64,000 nt of DNA, from assembly GCF_009914755.1 (NCBI RefSeq), contig NC_060934.1. The stretch is one strand, 5' to 3'. Below, one piece after another: positions 55,688 to 64,000 of this stretch. A program made the position numbers and the translations under genes. How positions within the stretch are numbered: position 1 is the first letter of the stretch; each line of letters begins with the position of its first letter. This stretch comes from the human T2T-CHM13v2.0 reference genome, Homo sapiens. The notes beneath the pieces were generated by a model, which saw nothing but the letters and a program-made list of their open reading frames with translations, did no database searches and was not told the origin of the DNA.

Positions 55688-56576
55688 CCCTGTATTAAAT
55701 TTTTATTTCAGTCTCTTCTTTCTTGTAATTTATTTTTCATCCTGGAAATAATTTTGTCTTTCTTTCATATTTTCTTGAGTCCAATCAAGTCTTTTTATTT
55801 CTCTCTACTTTTTGTCTATTTTGATGTTTAGTTTTTGAATTTCTCATTCAATGCGGTTTTCATATCCTCAAATGCTTATTTCAGTATATTTTGGAGTGTT
55901 AGCTTGCAGTTTTCTCTGCTTCCTGGAGAATTTTTTGCAGCTGATGTATTTGTAATTTTGTCTTCTGAATTTTTACAATAGCCCTATGTGCATTTGTTAA
56001 TTTTTCTTTTATGAACTGTTGTGGTATTGAGGTATTTTACAGGATTTTTAGAGGTACCCTATTCTGTCCTCTAATATAGTGATGGATTTTGTTGTTTATT
56101 CTCGTGGTAGAGGAGGATTTAAAATTCTTAGATTCTGTGACTTGCAGATCCTAAGTTTTATCTTAAAGACCTAAATTTTTCTTTTTTCTTCTTTCCCCTT
56201 CATAATCCAACAAAGGGGGTTGTTTTTTCCTTTTATTCCCTTTTCCTCCTTCAGAAACTATGCATATCAAAACTGTTGTTCTAAATCATACATACTTTTA
56301 AGTTTCTCTAATAGTCTATGCTCTGATCTACCTTGACACTTTTTTAGTATTTTCACACTAAGGGCTGTGGCTTTGAATTAAACTTAGGCCTCATAGGTAA
56401 CTGTGCCTTCTCTCTTCAAAATTATTTTCCATCTTTCTTTGTTACAAAGTTTTGCAGGGGGCAGGGGTAGAGGGGGAGCAGGAGAGAGTATAGAGCTAGG
56501 ATCTGGTGACTTTTCTCCTTTTACTTAAGGCATTTTGAAAATTGAACATGTTATGGTTTTTTAATTATCCAGAGCA

Positions 56577-56619
<43 letters not shown>

Positions 56620-56736
56620 TACATACGCACACATACATGTTATATATACATATATGTTATATATACATACATAACATTTTATATATGTTAACTATGTTAT
56701 ATATAATGTTATATATTTATAATATGTTTTATATGT
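56577..56736. repeat. Compound (TA)n/(CA)n/TATG low-complexity tract
   Basis: Alternating purine-pyrimidine repeats. Confidence 0.9.
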
Positions 56737-57171
56737 GTAATTCCTCTTTTTACTGTTCTGAATTGTTTTGAGAGGAAATATTGGATAGGTGGTTTGTCTT
56801 CAGCCACCTAGAAAGCTTTCTAAAAGTATTATCTTTTTGTTCCTTTGTCTTCTTTCTAATCTTGTCTCTCTTCTTCTAAATTTCTTTCTTCAGGCTATGT
56901 GATTACAATATAAGCTTTAATATTTGTGATAGAGATATTTATGCTTGAATTCTTTTCAAAAGAGACAAAATAATTGTGCTATGAAAAAGAGTAGAATAGT
57001 AGATTTTCTAATCCATGTGGCCTTTATTTTTTTATACTAGAGTCAGAAGAGAGTAGAATCGACTGGATTTGTGATTTAATATTTTGTTGTTAAATGAGGA
57101 AGAAATGTCATGGGGTTAATTCTTGTATATGTGTGCATGGCATATGTTTGTGTTTATGTACCTTAAATTAT

Positions 57172-57242
57172 AAAACACAAAGTATCTGATTACTTTGTGT
57201 TCCAAATCATAGAACACAAAGTAATCAGATACTTTGTGTTTT
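57172..57242. repeat. Perfect 31-bp inverted repeat with 9-bp spacer; each arm is itself palindromic
   Basis: AAAACACAAAGTATCTGATTACTTTGTGTTC-CAAATCATA-GAACACAAAGTAATCAGATACTTTGTGTTTT. Confidence 0.97.
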
Positions 57243-57959
57243 CCTCATATTTTCACTTGTTTAGGTCATTTGCATTATACACATAAAACATCAAACTAGT
57301 TAATAGAATTATTTCTCATCTCACTTCTGTATGTTACATCCCCTTTAGAGTACTGATAGTTCCCTTACAGTTTTCACAAAGCTCTAGTCAGAAATGAAAG
57401 AAAATATTTATACTTTTTACAATTATGAATGTCCAATTTTAAGTGATTTTTAATAATTTCTTCATTACATAGTGCCACTCTTGCAAAGGGTATCTATTCC
57501 GTGGTTCATTGTCCTTTGAATTCTCTCTTCCGTGTTTCTCTGACACATCAATTGTCAAAACCACAGTAGGGCTGGTGACAGCTCCTAAGATGCTGTAGTC
57601 AGTAGGGCGACATTGGCACTGAAATAGCCAGACACAGAGAAGAGTCAGTGGCCACCTCACCAAACAGCTGCTCAGGGTTCCAGCATGATGAAACCAAAGT
57701 TAAGGCTACACAGCTAACCACAATCAGGGAGAAAACAAGTCGGGAGACAGGAATACACAGAACAGAGAGCTCTCTGGAGGCAACAACTGCCAGGATTCCT
57801 CAGACGAATCGTGACATCACATCCTTTCCAGCCCAGCCAGGAGCTTCTTTCACTGTTTCTAACTATATCAGGAACGCATTTTTCAGACAGGAATGGTAAA
57901 GAGGTTTCAACATGCACACTAACTTTAATCCATCGACTGTGAATTATGGAACTTATATG

Positions 57960-58095
57960 AGTTGACGAACAGTCTATCCCAGTTTGCCTAGGATGTTATT
58001 ACCATTTCAGACATTTTATTGAAGCATATTTATTAATAGATTTCTCTTTGACTCGCAGGAGGGTCCTAGTTTCAATCAATTACATTGTCACCTCA
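57960..58095. mobile_element. MER94-like (hAT-Blackjack) element
   Basis: TCCCAGTTTGCCTAGGA...TATTAATAG...GTCCTAGTTT...GTCACCT. Confidence 0.5.
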
Positions 58096-58425
58096 CCTAT
58101 GAGAAAGACCCTCAGTCTTCCTAAATTTCCATAGAAACATTTTTGATTGATTTGTGATGCCTCCCCAGAGTTATGAATAGTTTAAAACCTGAGAGAGATG
58201 GCTGCAGAGCTTATATACCTCATGTTTGTCATGTCCATATTAATGTATGAGTCCATTGCAAATACTTTGTTAAGCTAGGAGAGTAAGGGAGCAGACAAAT
58301 GGGAGAGTATAACTTCACAACATGTTCTATATTGGCATATGTAGCTCACATTAATGAGAGTGATGATAGTTAGATTTATCAGTTGATGAGGGTAAGTGCT
58401 TTAAAAAAGTTTTATATCATTGTCT

Positions 58426-58570
58426 TATTTCCTTGATAGTAAGATGCATATTTTTCACATTTTATCCTTGCTAAATTCAAGAAATGTCCCATAATTGATA
58501 TAGTTTAATTACCAGAATATTCTCTTTTAGTGTTACATAAGACAGTAGTGCATTGTACATGCCTTGATTT
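58426..58570. mobile_element. MER104-like (TcMar-Tc2) element
   Basis: TAAGATGCATATTTTTCACATTTTA...ATAGTTTAATT...TTAGTGTTACATAAG. Confidence 0.6.
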
Positions 58571-58780
58571 ACTTTCTTTTCTGGTTGTACCTCCATCTCT
58601 TTAGGAAGTCTGTCTTTGGACTATAAGAACTGAAGAGTCTTAGAATTTACCTCTCACTGGAGCAACCTTATTTCTTAAGGGTTATTCTTAGAGTTATTTC
58701 TTAACTCTAACGTGGATCTATATTCCAAAGTGTTTCTACAGGACTTTTCCTGAGATCATATCCTTGCTTTGCTTCCTTCT

Positions 58781-59280
58781 TGTTGTAGGCAGAATGAGAC
58801 CTCTCCAGAAAAGTTTGCATATCCTAATCCTCAGAACTTGTGAATAAGTATGTTATATGGAAAAAAAAATTAAGTTCGTAGATGAGATTATGATTGTTAA
58901 ATTGTTAATAAGCTGACCTTAGATAGGGAGATTATCCTCAGTTATCCAGGTGGGTCCATTATAATCACACACATCCTTAAAAGCGGAGGAAGTCAGAGTG
59001 ATGAAAAGTGAAGACTCCACTCACTGTTGCTGGCTTTGAAGGAGAGGGAAGGGGCCGTGAACCAAGACATGTGGGTTGCCTCCGGAAGCCAGAAAAGGCA
59101 AGGAAATGGATTCTCCTAGAGCTTCCACAAAGGAACACAGTTCTACCAACACCTTGATTTTAGCCCTGGGAGACCTGTGTTGGACCTCTGATCTAGAGAA
59201 CTCTAAGATCCTAGATCTGTGCTGTTTTAAGCCACTATGTTTGTGCTAGTTGAGTATAACAGTGATAGAAAACAAATGCA
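58781..59280 (+). mobile_element. MLT1D MaLR solo LTR
   Basis: TGTTGTAGGCAGAAT...ATAGGGAGATTATCC...AAAAGGCAAGGAAATGGATTCTCC...TGTTTTAAGCCACTA. Confidence 0.88.
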
Positions 59281-59289
59281 CTCTCATTT

Positions 59290-59740
59290 CCTGAACTGCT
59301 TAAAATCATTTGGTGACTTGCTATTGCACTCAAGGGTCACCTAACATTCCCAATTTAGCTTACAAGGTGCTGTATGATCAACTTCGTGCCTACATCTGTC
59401 AACTCTCTTCTTTCTACAAACTCCTTTCCTGTTCCCAGCTTTTGCACATTTTTTCTTCTCCTGGAGCCACTCTTTCCACCTCTTTCCTGCTGGCCAACTT
59501 CCCCTCTTCTTTCAAGTTTTATTTTGTATTTTTTTTAAGGGACTCTATAATGATTTTCAGACTTCTAAGCATTTCATTAAAATTTGGTAAAAATTTAAGT
59601 AAATAATCATTATGCATGATTTAATATTTTACATTTCTCTCCCCTGCTACATGGTAAATTCCCTGCAAGCCTAGATGTTCATCTTGTTCAGCCCAAGACC
59701 TAGTACAAAATCTGGCATAAAATATTTCCTGATTGAATGA
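59290..59740 (+). mobile_element. L2 fragment
   Basis: TTAGCTTACAAGGTGCTGTATGATC...CTAGTACAAAATCTGGCATA...TGATTGAATG. Confidence 0.55.
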
Positions 59741-60704
59741 TCAATTTTATGTTGCAAACAGAGATGAGATAAACTTGAGAATCAAAGAAAATAATAAATT
59801 GCCCAAGGTAACATGGCTGGTAAAAGGCAGATGTAGAATTCACATTAAGGTCTTTTTGGTGTGAAAGTTTGAAAACTTATTATAGAATATTCTCTTATAT
59901 TGCCTCTTACGGACTTTTAAAAATTAACTTCAGAGTACAATATATAAAATCTAAGGTAGGACTAGGTTTGTAAAAGGCATTCAATATGTAAGCAGATAAT
60001 GCACAAAATGATAGTTGGGGGGCATGTATGCAAATACATAAAATATATGAATAAAGTGGGCAAAGCACTATCATGGAAGAATGGCACTCTGCCCTCATCT
60101 GAAATGCCAGAATTTTAATCATGAGGAAGCCATTGTTGATTAGGCTTCTGATTGTTTCTCTGATTTTAAGATGCTTCTCAATATAAACAATAACATCAAT
60201 GATGTGTTGACCCAGCTTTGCAGGTCCCATGGCCCACTGTGACTTTATTAAATGCTATTGGGAAAGTTAATTTCCCTAAATTATTTAAGTTCAACTTCAG
60301 TCCCTGAGAACAAAGTTATCCTGCCTAACCATTAATAAATTGGCGGAATGTTAAATAGCACTTTAATTTTGTTTCATTAATGTTCATTAAACAACCAAGA
60401 AAGGAAGGAAGTTGATTATGTCAAGCTCACGATTTTTAATTAAAATGGAAAGAAGCTGGAGCTCCTAATTTGCAAACACAGAGCTTCAGACAGCAAACAG
60501 ATAAAGTTTATTGTGCACTGTGAGAAGACAAAAAAATACCAGTTAATTAAAACTTTAGTTTAAAATGTCTCTACTTTAGACATAAATTGCTGTTTTGCAT
60601 CTTCCTATAAACCTTCAAACTCCATGGAAAGCATCATATACAAAATCTTAAATATTGATGATGCATTTTATCATACCTTGAATCACATGTGCTTGAATAC
60701 TTTA

Positions 60705-60865
60705 TTAGGGAGCACATAGTGGAAACAAGGCTTGCTAGGAGTCAGAAAATATGGTTCTAGTTCCAACTTGAGTTTTATCTGATTCATGGCATGATTTGAA
60801 ATATGTCACTAAATTTTCATGTGCCTTAGTTTTCTTCATCAGTGAAATGAAATAATACTTGCTCA
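60705..60865 (+). mobile_element. MIR SINE
   Basis: AGGAGTCAGAAAATATGGTTCTAGTTCC...GTGCCTTAGTTTTCTTCATCAGTGAAATG. Confidence 0.7.
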
Positions 60866-61449
60866 AGAATTTTTATTGTTTGACTTGTCATTATTTGTTC
60901 ATTTGTGAATTGTTACAATAGGTTTTTGGGCTACATTAAAACCGGATCCCCAGTTCAATTCAGCATCAGGAAAGAATATTCAAAGAGTGGCTTACTTTGT
61001 CAGCTGGACTCTTGGGAAATTTGATTCAGAGTCAAGGTGGCAACATGTCAGTTCAAAGGCTGTCTAAAAACCAGACTTCCTTTTATCTTTAGTGTCTGAA
61101 AAGAAAAATGAAATATCCAAACTTATCCATTCTGTTTCCTCCAGCCAAGGAAAGGGAGAAAACTTATGATTCCCTGAAAAGTAACTCCAAGTGAAATTCA
61201 CCTTACGTCACATATATTTTCACAGGTATAAAAAAAATATGTAATTTGAATCCTATCTCAAATGTATTTGTAGAACTTGTAATTTAAGAAAGCCTGGCAA
61301 GGAACATGAAAATAGAAAGCTCCATATATATGTATGTCGATCACTAGTCAATTTCACTTTAATTAAAAATTTTTATCTGTACCTTAGGTACACAGAATTA
61401 AATTATTCATGCCTGATCCTCCAACCTTGGCTTCCCAAATTCCTAGGAT

Positions 61450-62200
61450 TACATATTTTTACAATGTCCCTTCTTTATACCTATTTCGATATATGTGTGT
61501 CCTTAAAAAATACATGTTTGTTGACTAAATTTCTATCTGGATCATCGTTTTCAAATGGCCTACATATTTTCTTTTTTGTGTTTGCTTAACATCTTACTTT
61601 CAGGAAAGAGTATTTTACATTACTGAACTATAATTACTTTTTCTCATACAGTTCTGTCAACTATTAATTATGAATTTGAAAATATTTTTCAACAAATATA
61701 TACTAACCATCACTTGTATCTTTTTGATACATTTTCCCTTTCATCTACTCTTAGAGTAAATTTGGCTTGATTTTAAATGTCCTAACCTGCATTTCTTTTA
61801 GATTATACATTTTTTTCCAAACAAAAAATAATCATTTTATATGCATCTTTCCTATAATAATTTTAGAGGTTCTTGATTTTTATTCACCTTGGCCATTATT
61901 TGAACAATGAGTTTAGCCTATTTACATGTATTATAACAATTCATTTATTAGGATTTATTCTGAATCTTATTTTTTGTGTTTTCTACTTGCCATATTTACC
62001 TTTTGTATTCTTCAGGTGGTTCCTTGTATGTATGGATCACGTTAAAATGTTCCCTATTATCTTCCTAAACTTAAGAATATTTCTGCCTCCAAATTATAGG
62101 CACAAACAAGAATCCAACATAATCTCCCCTTCAGTCTCTTTTACCCCTAACATCTTCAACCTACGACACCATATGTAGAATTCTGGGTTGAATTATGTCC
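61450..62200 (-). mobile_element. Ancient degraded L1 fragment
   Basis: T-rich L1M-like sequence (TGAGTTTAGCCTATTTACATGTATT). Confidence 0.45.
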
Positions 62201-62766
62201 CCCAATGAGTCTCAGTCCTACCAATTATTAAGTATTTAACTTCACACAAGAAAATGGAATGTTCCCATGATGAGTTTCCTCATTAGTAAAATGTAACATT
62301 TTACTAACACACTCACCTCACATGACTTCTTGATGAATCACTTAATTCTAAAGAAAGGAAGGGGTTCATGCATGGTGATGTACCATATATTAAGACATGT
62401 ACATTTTAATGCCTGGGGTCATATGTTTCCTAGTAATGTGGAAATATGGCTGATTAGCTTCTGAAAGAAGACAGCAGGCACTTGATAAATGGAGCAAGGA
62501 TCTATTTTATAATCGATTACTACTTTCAACCTCGGGCACTGCCTAACAAGGGAAGCATTGGTGTGGCTTATCACAGTTGTGGAAAGCATATAGCACTTTG
62601 AATTTGGGGGAGCACCAAAAGAAAAACTTCACCTCGTTCATATTTTTCTGTAACCAATATACTAGTTTCTCATTGTACCTTAATCATATCATTAAAACAA
62701 AAACATGATGTATGAGAAGTTCTTAGTCTTGACTTACCACATTTTATGAAATCAGGTAATTTCAAA

Positions 62767-63230
62767 CAGACTGCTCCTGACATTTGCAGAACTAGGAACA
62801 GAAGTACACATGGATAACTCCCACCTTCTTACTTCACTCCAACCCCCATCCACTGCCACAGACCTAGCTGGTATGTGTACAGACATCCATCCAAACATCC
62901 ACACTTCATACCCACAGGGCCTAGGGCCAACAGCAATTCTCCTTAAAGGGTTAATGTGCCTTCAGCAGGATTGATTTTGGGAAAAGATCCTCATAGACCC
63001 TGAAACAAACTTAAAACAGGTTGAGCAGAGAACCTTCTGGGTCCCAGATACCTAAAATATGGTCTGGAAGAGAACATAAATACATATTCCAGTTGTGGAC
63101 AGATTTCACTGGCTCCAGTGGAATCCTTGTTCTGGAGAAGGGGTGGGCACAGCTGGGAACAGCAACAGCAGACCCCTGAAAAGCATGGCATCCGGGACAG
63201 GGGTCCCAATAGCTCGTATATAAGGATATT
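62767..63230. mobile_element. MER115-like (hAT-Tip100) fragment
   Basis: CATTTGCAGAACTAGGAACAGAAGTACACATGG start and GGGACAGGGGTCCC end resemble recalled MER115. Confidence 0.4.
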
Positions 63231-63299
63231 ACGCATCCCAGATTTCTCCAGAGTCAGATTAGTTGGTAACACCAAGAGGCATCTCCAAAACCATTAAGC

Positions 63300-63534
63300 C
63301 AAGTTTGTCCAACCCACGGCCCACAGGCCACATGCAGCCCAGGACGGCTTTGAATGCAGCCCAACACAAATTTGTAAACTTTCTTAAAGCATTATGAGAT
63401 TTTTTTTTCTTTTCTTTTGCGATCTTCTTTTTTCAGCTCATCAGCTGTTGTTAATCTTGGTGTATTTTACGTGTGGCCCAAGACAATTCTACTTCCAATG
63501 CGGCCCAGGGAAGCCAAAAAATTGGACACCCCTG
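63300..63534 (-). mobile_element. MER30, full length
   Basis: CAAGTTTGTCCAACC...ATTGGACACCCCTG; degenerate 8-bp TSD CATTAAGC/CACTAAAC. Confidence 0.92.
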
Positions 63535-64000
63535 CACTAAACTTTTATTGTATTGCCTCCTGGCGTAGCTTAGTGAAGAGATTCCCGTGTGTAGTATAAC
63601 AGAATAACCCTATGTATTTTGTTTGTTTGTTTTTGTTTTTAGACATCATGCGTGGAAATTTTGATCCATTAATTCTAAAGTCTATCTGGGAATAGATATC
63701 TTTAAGAATCTCATTTGCCTTTTTTTCTTTCTTTTCAGTGTGAGGAGTCATTAGTTAACTAGATTTTTCTAAAGGAGATGCTAAAAAATCTCTGTTCTTA
63801 TAAGATATATGATTACCCTAAGGGATAATTCAGAGATCAGCCATGTTCAATGTGATTACAGGTGATGAGAAATTTAGTGCACTTTGTTGAGCATAGCACC
63901 CATCAGAATACAACCTTGAAACTTGTAAGTTGTCAGGAAATGTATAGTGTTATATAAGTTTAAAAGGGGCCATTGAGTTTGTTATATAAGTTTAAAAGGG

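Noticed and set aside
56452-56468. Second CTCF-like motif (TTGCAGGGGGCAG)
   Set aside because: Lacks the 5' CC of the core and lies in degraded repeat-like sequence

Overview
AT-rich hominoid (most likely human) genomic DNA, intergenic or deep intronic. The species call rests on AluY, L1PA3-type and THE1 elements. I found no host protein-coding exon, RNA gene or CpG island; the only long ORF (36558-37988) is the ORF2 reverse-transcriptase region of a 5'-truncated, frameshifted L1PA3-like LINE. Much of the window is interspersed repeat: Alu/FLAM/FAM, L1PA/L1MA/L1MC/L1ME, L2, MIR, MaLR and ERVL LTRs, MER DNA transposons and microsatellites. Repeat family names come from my recall of consensus sequences, not from a RepeatMasker run, and boundaries of old elements are approximate. 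The notable structures are: (1) an ungapped 134-bp-arm inverted repeat at 20386-20678, followed by shuffled copies of its own loop, consistent with serial template switching and able to fold into a long hairpin; (2) a perfect nested palindrome at 57172-57242; (3) a head-to-head fusion of two different Alu right arms at 15964-16253; (4) a decayed LTR-internal-LTR ERV-L-class provirus with readable integrase and dUTPase motifs at about 24.4-26.6 kb; (5) an unidentified ~650-bp insert splitting a MIR at about 41.8-42.45 kb. I cannot show a new biological system from sequence alone; the 20.4-kb hairpin locus is the best candidate for follow-up.
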